NCBI GenBank assembly: GCA_035569605.1
Contig: DATMMS010000005.1
Coordinates: 20,990 to 84,989, forward strand
Length of the DNA stretch: 64,000 nt
Direction of reading: 5' to 3'
From: Candidatus Solibacter sp.
GTDB lineage: Bacteria > Chloroflexota > Dormibacteria > DASZGP01
The notes under the pieces: generated by a model
Database searches by the model: none
The model's input: the letters and a program-made list of their open reading frames with translations, nothing else
What the model was told of the DNA's origin: nothing
Position numbers and translations under genes: made by a program
Shown: positions 38,614 to 47,104 of the stretch, piece after piece
Layout of the letters: each line of letters begins with the position of its first letter
How positions within the stretch are numbered: the stretch's first letter is position 1

Positions 38614-39381
38614 GTGGGGTTTCCCGGCGCGCTCGGGCTTCTGGGCGGGGAGGAGATGAGGCCGCCGTGCGAGGCCTTCGACCGCGCTCTGATCTCCGCC
38701 GCCGGTGAGCCTGACGTGGTCAACGTCGTCCCCACCGCGCTGGCGCGCAACGGCTCCGTGAGCGCGGCCATGCGCCTGGCCCGGAGCTACTTCAGCGGCA
38801 GGCTGGGCCTGGAGGTCCGCCAGGTGGCGCTGCTTGGCCGCAAAGACGCCTCGCGGCCGGAGGTGGTGAAGCAGCTCCGCCGGTCGCCGCTGACGTACCT
38901 GCTCGGCGGCGACCCCGGGCACCTTCTCGACAGCCTGCTGGGGACACCCGCCTGGGAGGCCATCCGGGCGGCGCTGAGAGAGGGGTCGGCGCTGGCCGGC
39001 AGCAGCGCGGGGGCGATGGTCGCCGGCGAAACCCTGCTGCTTCGCAGCCCCAACCCCCGGCCCGAGGCTCGCCACGGCCGGCGGGCGCTGGCGCTGCTGC
39101 CTGGAGTGGTCCTGATCCCGCACCTGCACCGCTTCGGTGAGCGCTGGCTGGAGGCGGCTCGGCGCGAAGCCCGGGGCCGCGACATCCTCGGCCTCGACGA
39201 GTCGACGGGCATCGTCTACTCAGCCGGCTGGACCGTTCACGGCCCCGGTGAGGCCAGGCTCTGGCGCAAGGGTGCTGAGCCGCCGCGGGTGCTCACTGAT
39301 GGGGCCCGGCTTCGCTGGCGGTCGCCCGTCGCCATGGCCGCCGCGCGGGGACGGATCGGCCCGGCGGTTTCGGATTCCTGA
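38614..39381 (+). CDS. peptidase S51 (dipeptidase E/cyanophycinase-like) family protein
   Basis: LLGGDPGHLLDSL followed by the GSSAGAMV nucleophile motif of the S51 family. Confidence 0.55.
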   Translation: MGFPGALGLLGGEEMRPPCEAFDRALISAAGEPDVVNVVPTALARNGSVSAAMRLARSYFSGRLGLEVRQVALLGRKDASRPEVVKQLRRSPLTYLLGGDPGHLLDSLLGTPAWEAIRAALREGSALAGSSAGAMVAGETLLLRSPNPRPEARHGRRALALLPGVVLIPHLHRFGERWLEAARREARGRDILGLDESTGIVYSAGWTVHGPGEARLWRKGAEPPRVLTDGARLRWRSPVAMAAARGRIGPAVSDS

Positions 39382-39422
39382 ACCGCGGTTTGATCTGACC
39401 CCTCTCGTGGTGTAATCAGGAC

Positions 39423-40400
39423 ATGGCCGTCGCAAGCAAGGATCAGAGCCGGTTGGTACGGGCAGCCGCGAGGCTGCTCGGCGTGCGGCGGGGCGCATCT
39501 ATTGAGGACATCGTTCAGGCCCGGCGAGTGCAGGCCAAGATGTGGCACCCCGACATCAACCCGGAGTCCGGCTCGGCTGAGCGGATGGGGCAGATCAACG
39601 CGGCGACCGATCTCCTCTGCGACTACATCCGCCGGGGCGGTGTCATCTCCGGCATGCCGGCCCCCGCGGGTCAGCCCCGCCGCCCAGCGACTCCGGCAGC
39701 CGCCAGGCCGAGGGTCTTCGAGGTTCGGTTCGAGCCCGAGGTCAGCGTCCCGATCTCCTCGCCGGACCGGCACGCCCGGCTCGAGATCGACGAGATCGAT
39801 GCTCTCGCCGGGGGCATGCGGATGGTGCGCTTCGTCCGCCGCGAGCCGGGTCGATGCCAGGCCTGCGCCGGGTTGGGGGCGGCGCCGTCCGGGCCCAAGC
39901 GGGTCTGCCCCGACTGCGACGGTCGGAACTGGGCCTGCACCACCTGCTCGGGCAGGGGCTGGCTCCATCTCCGTCCGGGGTCCTGCCGGCACTGCGGCGG
40001 CTCCGGCGCGGCGCTGGTCGAGCGCAGCGTCCTGCTCAAGCTGCCCGCGGGAATCAGGGAGGTACGACGCACCATGGTCCCCGGCTGGGGCGACATCGAC
40101 GACGAGGGCAAAGCCGCCAACCTCTGGGTCGACCTGGTGCCGACTCCGACGGTGGTGCAGTCAGCGCCCTGGCGCTTTGACTACTTCGGCCACAACTGGC
40201 CGCCACCGGAGGGTCGCACCGAGGGGGAGTGGCTGGCGATCTCGAACTCGCCCCTCCCGGACGAGGAGATGCGTGAGCTGGGATTCTGGCGCGACCAGAA
40301 GTCCTCGGAGTGGGTCCGGCAGGCGCCCTCGGATGGGTCCCAGGGGATCATCGAGCTGATCCGGCAGCGCCAGTTCTTCGTGCCCCAGCTTTCTTCCTGA
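39423..40400 (+). CDS. J-domain protein with a 4x CxxCxGxG zinc-finger region and a unique C-terminal domain
   Basis: N-terminal J-domain with HPD (KMWHPDINPE). Four repeats CQACAGLG, CPDCDGRN, CTTCSGRG and CRHCGGSG. No G/F region, and the ~120-aa C-terminus is unlike DnaJ CTD I/II. Confidence 0.6.
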   Translation: MAVASKDQSRLVRAAARLLGVRRGASIEDIVQARRVQAKMWHPDINPESGSAERMGQINAATDLLCDYIRRGGVISGMPAPAGQPRRPATPAAARPRVFEVRFEPEVSVPISSPDRHARLEIDEIDALAGGMRMVRFVRREPGRCQACAGLGAAPSGPKRVCPDCDGRNWACTTCSGRGWLHLRPGSCRHCGGSGAALVERSVLLKLPAGIREVRRTMVPGWGDIDDEGKAANLWVDLVPTPTVVQSAPWRFDYFGHNWPPPEGRTEGEWLAISNSPLPDEEMRELGFWRDQKSSEWVRQAPSDGSQGIIELIRQRQFFVPQLSS

Positions 40401-40720
40401 CTTTTACGTCAGGATTTGAACGGGTTCCCGGTGCAAGTTTCAGGTAACAGCCTCGTTACATGATCGATGGCAAAAGGTCCTTTCGGGCACCATCGCAGGG
40501 ATTTTTACTCAAGTCATAGGGGCAGTTTTATGTATACTGCCATTGTTGGGTGACAACCCGATACAGATAGCCTCGAAGATCCGGAATGGGGATCCGGAGA
40601 AGTAAATAGGCTCGGAAGACCAAAGGCAAAACCGCCGTCGATCCTGCGTTCCAGCAGGTCTAATCGCAGCGAGGGAGGACGGTTGTGGGGTTTCGCCACA
40701 CCGTTCTTGGAGGGATTGAA

Positions 40721-42148
40721 GTGCTCAAGGCTCGTATCAGTCAAGTGATAGCTGCCGGCTTCTCGGCCGCGGCTGTCCTGATGTTCTCGGTGCCGACGCC
40801 GGCGTCGGCTGCCGTACCTGGATCAGCAGAAGGCGACTCATATGCCGCCTATGGCCAGGTCGAAGTCCTCGGATCAGGGCCGTTCCTGGTAGGGCCGATT
40901 CAGCCCGCCCGAGCGTCGCTTCCTCCTGGCAGCGATCCGCAGAGCGCCGCTTCTGGCGCCCTGAACTTTGTCGATCCGACAAACCCGTTGATCCACAACG
41001 TCAACGTGCTCGATGACAACGCCAAGGCGACATTGAGCTCGACGCCGATCAACTGCTGGAGGCCGACAGTGACCGAACCGGTGGTAACCCCGCCGTTCAA
41101 CGACGGTCCTCTGACTGGGGGTAACGGCTGCTCCCACATAGCCGACGTGGGGATCATTCCGCAGGGCACTCCACCGGCGAAGGTTGTCGACCTGGTCTCA
41201 GCGGCGGTGATCGACGTCCAGTCGACCACGCAGAGTTGCACCGCGACTCCAACCGGCGCTGCCAACTTCGTCGACCTCGAGATCGAAGGCAACGCGATAA
41301 ACCTCGGGCCGGTTCCACCGAATACGGTGATCTCCATTCCCGGGCTCGCGACCATCATCCTCAACGAGCAGATCTACGACAACCATGGCCACGGCCTCAC
41401 GGTCAACGGCGTCCACGTATTCCTCAGCTCGGGCCTGTCGGCGCTGGCTGGGGCGGACGTGATCCTGGCCCATGCCCACAGCCAGGCTTTCTGCTCGGAC
41501 ACCAGCACCACCGACACCGGTAAGCTGCCGTGCCTCGGTGGCACGCCGTGCCCTCGCCCGATCGTCAACAAGACCGACAGCACCAAGCACGCCAACCCGG
41601 GCGAGACAGTGGTCTACACCGTCAACATCGACCCCAACACCTGCCCGGTCACCAGCGTGACCGACACCCTGCCGCTTGACTTCCATTACGTCAGCTCCAG
41701 CGGCAACCTGGGGTCGCCTCTGATCAGCACCCTGCCTGACGGTCAGACGCAGCTGTTCTGGTTCAATGGCGGAGCGCCATTCGCGAACGCGCCTGCGGAG
41801 ACCATTACGGTGACCATTGATCCCAATGCACCGGCAGGCCAGTACATCAACGTGATCACCGGCACATCGGACTGCGGGTCCTTCGCCGGTACCGACATCA
41901 CGGGTCTGTTCACCGGTCCACCGGCCAACCAGGGCGGCAACCCGGGCATCATCGTGCCCCGGTCGGCCCCGCCAGCCGCGCCCCAGAGCCCCGCTTCGGG
42001 CACACAGGCCGCAGCCACCCTGCTTCCGTTCACAAGCACGGCGGCAGTCGACCAGTCGGGACCGGTCTGGGTTGGATTGTTCTTCCTTGGCCTGGCTCTG
42101 ACCTGGATGGCAGGTATGGGCCTGGTGAGGGCGAAGCAAGACAACTGA
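40721..42148 (+). CDS. DUF11 (conserved-repeat) cell-surface protein with a C-terminal sorting-signal-like anchor
   Basis: GTG start with a GGAGGG Shine-Dalgarno. Signal peptide ...SVPTPASA, a DUF11-like motif (NPGETVVYTVNIDPNT), and a C-terminus LPFTS-x9-hydrophobic helix-RAKQDN. Confidence 0.6.
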   Translation: MLKARISQVIAAGFSAAAVLMFSVPTPASAAVPGSAEGDSYAAYGQVEVLGSGPFLVGPIQPARASLPPGSDPQSAASGALNFVDPTNPLIHNVNVLDDNAKATLSSTPINCWRPTVTEPVVTPPFNDGPLTGGNGCSHIADVGIIPQGTPPAKVVDLVSAAVIDVQSTTQSCTATPTGAANFVDLEIEGNAINLGPVPPNTVISIPGLATIILNEQIYDNHGHGLTVNGVHVFLSSGLSALAGADVILAHAHSQAFCSDTSTTDTGKLPCLGGTPCPRPIVNKTDSTKHANPGETVVYTVNIDPNTCPVTSVTDTLPLDFHYVSSSGNLGSPLISTLPDGQTQLFWFNGGAPFANAPAETITVTIDPNAPAGQYINVITGTSDCGSFAGTDITGLFTGPPANQGGNPGIIVPRSAPPAAPQSPASGTQAAATLLPFTSTAAVDQSGPVWVGLFFLGLALTWMAGMGLVRAKQDN

Positions 42149-42171
42149 TCAGGTAACAAGTCGTTTCCCAT

Positions 42172-42201
42172 CGGGGGTCGCCGGTTCGCCGGCGGCCCCC
42201 G
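42172..42201 (+). terminator. strong GC hairpin downstream of the DUF11 gene
   Basis: CGGGGGTCGCCGG-ttcg-CCGGCGGCCCCCG, a 13-bp stem with a tetraloop and a weak T-tract. It could act bidirectionally, since tmRNA converges here. Confidence 0.45.
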
Positions 42202-42313
42202 ATCTCGTTAGCCGGTCGGGCAGTAGCCACACCGCGGGGTCAAGCTGGGTGATGTGGTCGGTTGAGCGGAGCTGTTCAGCCAGTACCAACCCCGGGCTCT
42301 TCGGAGGGGGTGG

Positions 42314-42686
42314 TGGTGGAGGCGGCGGCAATCGAAGCCGCGTCCGAAACAGCGTCCCACGAGACCTCTACGAGCGTAGACCGGATTTGATCTCGCCTCG
42401 AGCCTGCCTCCGGACGGGCTAGCTCATGGCCAGCGACCCTTTGAGGTCCCCGTTTGGGCGGTCACGATTCCCGCGCGGGCAAGCCCTGTATTTGTGGTCC
42501 TTCCTCCTTACCAGGACGCTCGGGAGGAGGACCCCGGGCTTAGAGCCCGGACCTAACCTCTACCGCTTACGCGGCGAAGGCGAGGCTCTGCGTGTTTTTC
42601 GCAGTTATGTTTTTTGCCCGTTTTAGGAGCCAGGCGCTCCGCTCGCAATCCCGTAAACCACTGCCCCGTCGAAACCTGGCGCCCCC
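42314..42686 (-). ncRNA. ssrA: tmRNA (SsrA), tag peptide AKNTQSLAFAA
   Basis: On the minus strand the 5' end is GGGGGCGCCAGGUUUCGACGGGG and the 3' end is GGACGCGGCUUCGAUUGCCGCCGCCUCCACCA (T-loop, acceptor stem, encoded CCA). Internal tag reading frame GCG AAA AAC ACG CAG AGC CUC GCC UUC GCC GCG UAA is preceded by GGGCAAAAAACAUAACU; 373 nt in total. Confidence 0.9.
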
Positions 42687-42782
42687 ACGAGGCCGCACTC
42701 TGCGGTAGGGGGACTATACCCCGCCTCGCCGTCTTCCGAATCGGCTCGCCCATCCGATTGTGACTGTTAGCCTTGAGTTCGC

Positions 42783-43433
42783 ATGAGCATCAGGAACTGC
42801 GCGAGACTGCTGGACAGGCCGGGTCTCTATGTCATCTCGGGGGACCAAGCGCCCGAACGCCAGGCCGACATCCTCTGCATGGCGATCGACGGAGGCGCGG
42901 TCCTGGTGCAGCTGCGCAACAAATCCGCGCCGCCAGGCGATCTCCTCGCGGCTGCGGTGCGTGTTCGGGCCCACGCCCACGCCCACGGCGCCCTCTTGGT
43001 GGTCAACGACCATCTCGACCTGGCCATCGCAGCCGGCGCCGACGGTGTGCACCTCGGTCAGGATGACCTCGCCGTTGCTCAGGCCCGCGACCGCTGGAGC
43101 GGCCTCGTCGGCCAATCGACCCACAGCGTTGCCCAGGCCATCATCGCCCAGGAGGCCGGCGTTGACTACATCGGCGTCGGCCCGGTGTACGAGACGCCCA
43201 CCAAGCCCGGCCGTGCCGCCGTCGGCCTGGGGCTGCTGGCCGAGGTAAAGGCCTCCGTCTCGCTGCCCTGGTTCGCGATCGGCGGCATCGACGGCGCCAA
43301 CATCGACCAGGTGATCGCCGCCGGCGCCTCTCGGGTGGCGGTGGTGCGGGCGGTGTGCGACGCGCCCGACCCGGCGGCCGCCGCCCGCGGGTTGCTCGAT
43401 CAGCTGGCGGCTCCCGCGGCTGTGACGCGATGA
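42783..43433 (+). CDS. thiE: thiamine-phosphate synthase
   Basis: Has the ThiE motifs [17 protein letters not shown] and [11 protein letters not shown]. Confidence 0.85.
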   Translation: MSIRNCARLLDRPGLYVISGDQAPERQADILCMAIDGGAVLVQLRNKSAPPGDLLAAAVRVRAHAHAHGALLVVNDHLDLAIAAGADGVHLGQDDLAVAQARDRWSGLVGQSTHSVAQAIIAQEAGVDYIGVGPVYETPTKPGRAAVGLGLLAEVKASVSLPWFAIGGIDGANIDQVIAAGASRVAVVRAVCDAPDPAAAARGLLDQLAAPAAVTR

Positions 43434-43648
43434 CTACGCCGGCAACCGCGACCATGACGGTCAACGGCGATCCCATGACTTTGGGCGAGCTCAGGACCGT
43501 GGGCGAATTGCTGGGGCGCCTCAAGATCGTTCCCGAGCGCGTCGTGGTGGAGCTCAACGGCGTCATATACCGGCGCGGCGAGGGCCTCGATCAGCCCCTG
43601 GGCGCCGGCGACGTGGTCGAGATCGTCCAGTTCGTAGGGGGCGGTTGA
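43430..43648 (+). CDS. thiS: sulfur carrier protein ThiS
   Basis: Small ubiquitin-like protein ending in GG; ATGA overlap with the thiE stop. Confidence 0.75.
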   Translation: MTTPATATMTVNGDPMTLGELRTVGELLGRLKIVPERVVVELNGVIYRRGEGLDQPLGAGDVVEIVQFVGGG

Positions 43649-43664
43649 TGCCGGAGAGGGCCTG

Positions 43665-44459
43665 ATGGCGACCCAGGTCGAAGCCCCCGCCGACCCCCTG
43701 GTGATCGGCGGCGTCAGCCTTAGCTCGCGGCTGATCCACGGCACCGGCAAGTTCACCGGCAATTCGGTGCTGGCGGAATGCCTGCGCCAGGCCGAGCCGA
43801 GCATGATCACCCTGGCGGTCCGCCGTCTCGGCCTCCAGGGCGACGGCCAGTCCGAGCTGGCGGACATCGACCTGAGCAGCTTCACACTGCTGCCCAACAC
43901 CGCCGGCGCCACCACCGTCGATCAGGCGGTGCGGCTGGCACGGCTGGGACGCGCCGCGGGACTGTCCGACTTCATCAAGGTGGAGGTGATCGGGGACGAC
44001 GAGACGCTGCTGCCGGACCCGGGCGCGACCCTTGAGGCGACCAAGCAGCTGGTGGCCGACGGCTTCACCGTCCTGCCGTACAGCAGTGATGACGTGGTCC
44101 AGGCGATCCGCCTCGAAGAGGCGGGCGCCGCGGCGGTCATGCCTCTGGCAGCCCCCATCGGGACGACCATGGGCGTGCTCAACCCCACCAACATCAGGCT
44201 GATCATCAAGAAGCTCGGCTGCCCGGTGATCGTCGACGCCGGCCTGGGCGTGCCCTCGGACGCCGCCCGGTGCATGGAGTGGGGGGCCGCCGGCGTGCTT
44301 GTCAACACCGCCATCGCGAGCGCCCAGGATCCTCCCCAGATGGCGCGGGCGTTCGCCGAGGCGGTGGTCGCCGGGCGGCGTGCCCACCTCGCCGGGCGGG
44401 CGGAGATCAGCCTCCAGGCGCTGGCCTCCAGTCCAACCGAGGGCATCCCCGGGACGTGA
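43665..44459 (+). CDS. thiG: thiazole synthase
   Basis: Has the ThiG TIM-barrel motifs (KFTGNS, VMPL, catalytic K). Confidence 0.85.
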   Translation: MATQVEAPADPLVIGGVSLSSRLIHGTGKFTGNSVLAECLRQAEPSMITLAVRRLGLQGDGQSELADIDLSSFTLLPNTAGATTVDQAVRLARLGRAAGLSDFIKVEVIGDDETLLPDPGATLEATKQLVADGFTVLPYSSDDVVQAIRLEEAGAAAVMPLAAPIGTTMGVLNPTNIRLIIKKLGCPVIVDAGLGVPSDAARCMEWGAAGVLVNTAIASAQDPPQMARAFAEAVVAGRRAHLAGRAEISLQALASSPTEGIPGT

Positions 44460-45484
44460 CCGCCACCGGACCGGTGGTGGGGGATGCCGGCGAGCTGGAG
44501 CTGCTGCGGCTGCTGCAGCCGCACCTGGCGAGCGCCGGCGAGCGGCTGCTGGTCCCGGCCGGCGACGACGGCGCGGTCTGGCGGCCGGCGGCGGGCAAGG
44601 CGGTGGTGACCACTACCGACAGCCTGGTCGAGGACGTGCACTTCTATCGTGCTGACGGCGACGCCGGGTTCTATCGCGATCTCGGCTGGAAGCTGCTGGC
44701 GGTGTCGCTCAGCGATATCGCCGCCATGGGCGCCGAGCCGGGCCCCAGCTTCTTCGCTCTCACCCTCCCGGGGGATTGGCCCGTAGGCGACCTGGAGGCC
44801 CTCTACGACGGGCTGTCCGACTGCGCCGCGCGATGGGGCACCGACCTCGCCGGCGGCAACCTCAGCGCCGGCCGGGTCGCGGTGCTCACCAGCGTCTGCC
44901 TCGGCGAGGTCGCGGCCGACCGGGTGCTTCGACGAGCGGACGCGGAGCCGGGGTGGAGCATGGCGGTGACCGGCCGGCTGGGAGGCGCTTCCGCTGCCCT
45001 GCGGGTACTGCACGATCCCGAATCGGAGGCGGCTCGAACCGCCGCTCCCGAGCAGGTCGCCCGGTGGCGGGCCCGGCTGCGGCGACCACTGCCGCGCCTG
45101 GCGGAGGCACAGGCGCTGGTGGATGCCGGCATCCGCGTCAGCCTGGACGTCAGCGACGGCGTCTTCCTGGACGCGCGAAGGCTGCTGCGCGAGGGGCTGG
45201 GTCTGCTCATCGATCTCGATGGCCTGCCGCTGGAGGATGGCGTTCGCGAGGCCTTCCCCGACGCCTGGTTGGAGGTGACGGGAGGCGGCGAGGATTACGA
45301 GCTGCTGTTTGCCGGTCCGGCCGATGTCGTGGAGGCCGCCTGCGCCGGGGTCGAGGCGCTTGGGACCGAGGCGCGAGTCATCGGTCGCTTTGATCGCGGG
45401 CAGGGGCTGCGGCTGTCGGGAGCGGACGCGGCCGACGCCCTCGCGCCGGATGTAGGGCACCGCCACTTCGGCGCCGCCCGATGA
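44456..45484 (+). CDS. thiL: thiamine-monophosphate kinase
   Basis: GTGA overlap with the thiG stop. GELELLRLL and AIR synthase-like domains (TTDSLVEDVHF). Confidence 0.75.
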   Translation: MTATGPVVGDAGELELLRLLQPHLASAGERLLVPAGDDGAVWRPAAGKAVVTTTDSLVEDVHFYRADGDAGFYRDLGWKLLAVSLSDIAAMGAEPGPSFFALTLPGDWPVGDLEALYDGLSDCAARWGTDLAGGNLSAGRVAVLTSVCLGEVAADRVLRRADAEPGWSMAVTGRLGGASAALRVLHDPESEAARTAAPEQVARWRARLRRPLPRLAEAQALVDAGIRVSLDVSDGVFLDARRLLREGLGLLIDLDGLPLEDGVREAFPDAWLEVTGGGEDYELLFAGPADVVEAACAGVEALGTEARVIGRFDRGQGLRLSGADAADALAPDVGHRHFGAAR

Positions 45485-45957
45485 GCCTGCACGCCGTGTC
45501 CAGCAGACTGGTCGCCCGGTCGGCGGCCGAGACCGAGTCTGCCGGCCGACGGCTCGGCGAGGTCGCAGCGGCCGGAGACGTGCTGCTGCTGGATGGGCCT
45601 CTGGGCGCCGGCAAGACGGTGCTGGTGCGAGGCATCGCTGCCGGCCTGGGCTGGGATGGAGAGGTTGGCAGTCCCACCTTCGTGCTGGTACGCCAGTACC
45701 CGGGCCGGCTGGAGCTGGTCCATGCCGATCTCTACCGGCTGGAGGATCGCCAGGAGATCGACGACCTCGGCCTGCTCGACCTGTCGGCAGGCGGAGTGCT
45801 GGCCGTGGAGTGGGCGGACCGGGCACCGTGGCTGGCGATCGACGGCACGGCCAGGTTGTCCCTCCTGCCCGGGGGTGCCGAAGACGAGCGGGTGCTCTCG
45901 ATGGTCGGTGGTGAGCCCCGGCTGCATGAGGCGCTTGGCGGCGCCCTGAGCCCATGA
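45481..45957 (+). CDS. tsaE: tRNA t6A biosynthesis ATPase TsaE
   Basis: Has a GPLGAGKT P-loop and a GSPTFVLV motif; ATGA overlap with the thiL stop. Confidence 0.8.
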   Translation: MSLHAVSSRLVARSAAETESAGRRLGEVAAAGDVLLLDGPLGAGKTVLVRGIAAGLGWDGEVGSPTFVLVRQYPGRLELVHADLYRLEDRQEIDDLGLLDLSAGGVLAVEWADRAPWLAIDGTARLSLLPGGAEDERVLSMVGGEPRLHEALGGALSP

Positions 45958-46562
45958 TCCTTGCGCTCGACACCTCGGGCGGCGAGCTGCTCCTGGCGCT
46001 GATCGACGGCGAGCGCATGGTGACCGGCATGGCGCGGCGCGGAACCCGGCACCAGGACCACGTTCTCGAGGCCATCGCCGAGGTTGCCGGGGGCCGACTT
46101 GGCGACATCGACGCCATCGCGGTGGCTCGCGGACCCGGATCACACACCGGCCTCCGCGTAGGGCTGTCGGCGGCGGCGGGCCTGGCATACACGCGGCGCC
46201 TTCACATCTATCCGATCTCGAGCCTCGATATCGCGGCGCAGCGGGCGCCCGACGGCCACGGCCTGGTCACGGCGATGGTGGTCGCCGGGCGGGGCCGGGT
46301 CTTCGCGCAGGACTACGAGAGAGATGGCAGCCAACGCCGGCCTCGCGGCGACCGGGCGCTGCTGCGCATCGAGGATGCCGGAAATGGAGGCCGCCACCCG
46401 TCCGCGGAGCCGGACCTGATGGAGACCATCGCTCCGGGATCCGCTGCTGAGATGCGCGGCGGCGCCGAGGCCCTTGCCGCCGCCGTGATCCAGGTGGCGG
46501 ACGGCGTCGAGGGGGTGAACTATGATCAGCTTAAAGGCGACTACGGAGAGCCCCCAGAGTGA
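45954..46562 (+). CDS. tsaB: tRNA t6A biosynthesis protein TsaB (YeaZ)
   Basis: Inactive Kae1 paralogue fold (MILALDTSGG); ATGA overlap with the tsaE stop. Confidence 0.75.
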   Translation: MILALDTSGGELLLALIDGERMVTGMARRGTRHQDHVLEAIAEVAGGRLGDIDAIAVARGPGSHTGLRVGLSAAAGLAYTRRLHIYPISSLDIAAQRAPDGHGLVTAMVVAGRGRVFAQDYERDGSQRRPRGDRALLRIEDAGNGGRHPSAEPDLMETIAPGSAAEMRGGAEALAAAVIQVADGVEGVNYDQLKGDYGEPPE

Positions 46563-47104
46563 TGCAGCTTCGGCAACGCACCTTTATCGAGGAGATGACC
46601 CTCGATGACATCCCGGCGGTCCAGGAGATCGAAAAAGAGATCTTCCTGACGCCGTGGCCGCGCAACGCCTACCGTCGCGAGCTGTCGCAGAACCAGCTGG
46701 CCAGTTACATCGTGCTCCGCGAAGCCGACGAGATCGTGGGCTATGCGGGCCTGTGGAAGATGCACGATGAGGCCCACATAACGACCGTCGGCGTGCGCCG
46801 CAGCGACCAGGGCAAGGGCTACGGAATGGCGCTGATGCTGGCCCTGATCCAGCGGGCCTACGAGCTGGAGTCGCGCTGGATGACGCTCGAGGTCCGAGCC
46901 TCGAATTACGGCGCCATCGCGCTGTACGAGAAGCTGGGGTTCAAGGTCATCGGCCGGCGACGAGGCTACTACACCGACGACGGCGAGGACGCAGTGGTGA
47001 TGTGGTCGGACTCGCTCCTGTCGCCCGCGTTTCGGGACCGCTACCAGGAGCTGCGCAACCGCGCCGGCCAAGCCGTCGCCTTCGATGATCACGCTGGGGA
47101 TTGA
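46559..47104 (+). CDS. rimI: ribosomal-protein-alanine N-acetyltransferase
   Basis: GNAT motif (RRSDQGKGYGMALM), in the tsa operon context. Confidence 0.75.
   Translation: MMQLRQRTFIEEMTLDDIPAVQEIEKEIFLTPWPRNAYRRELSQNQLASYIVLREADEIVGYAGLWKMHDEAHITTVGVRRSDQGKGYGMALMLALIQRAYELESRWMTLEVRASNYGAIALYEKLGFKVIGRRRGYYTDDGEDAVVMWSDSLLSPAFRDRYQELRNRAGQAVAFDDHAGD

Noticed and set aside
40396-40413. 6-bp hairpin CCTGAC-ttttac-GTCAGG overlapping the stop of the J-domain gene.
   Set aside because: The stem is too short and partially inside the coding sequence to call a terminator with confidence.
42426-42753. ORFs 42426-42626 (+) and 42553-42753 (-).
   Set aside because: They lie entirely within the tmRNA gene; the RNA call explains the region.
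42687-42782. Looked for a TPP riboswitch upstream of thiE.
   Set aside because: No CUGAGA/THI-box elements seen. Reported instead as an absence.
43922-46192. 756-aa minus-strand ORF antisense to thiG-thiL-tsaE, plus similar long antisense ORFs (8970-10319, 10499-12304, 21349-22461, 25240-26919, 48610-50232, 50607-52205).
   Set aside because: Arg/Pro/Ala/Gly-dominated low-complexity translations lying antisense to well-conserved genes. They are GC3-driven open frames typical of ~70% GC genomes, not genes.
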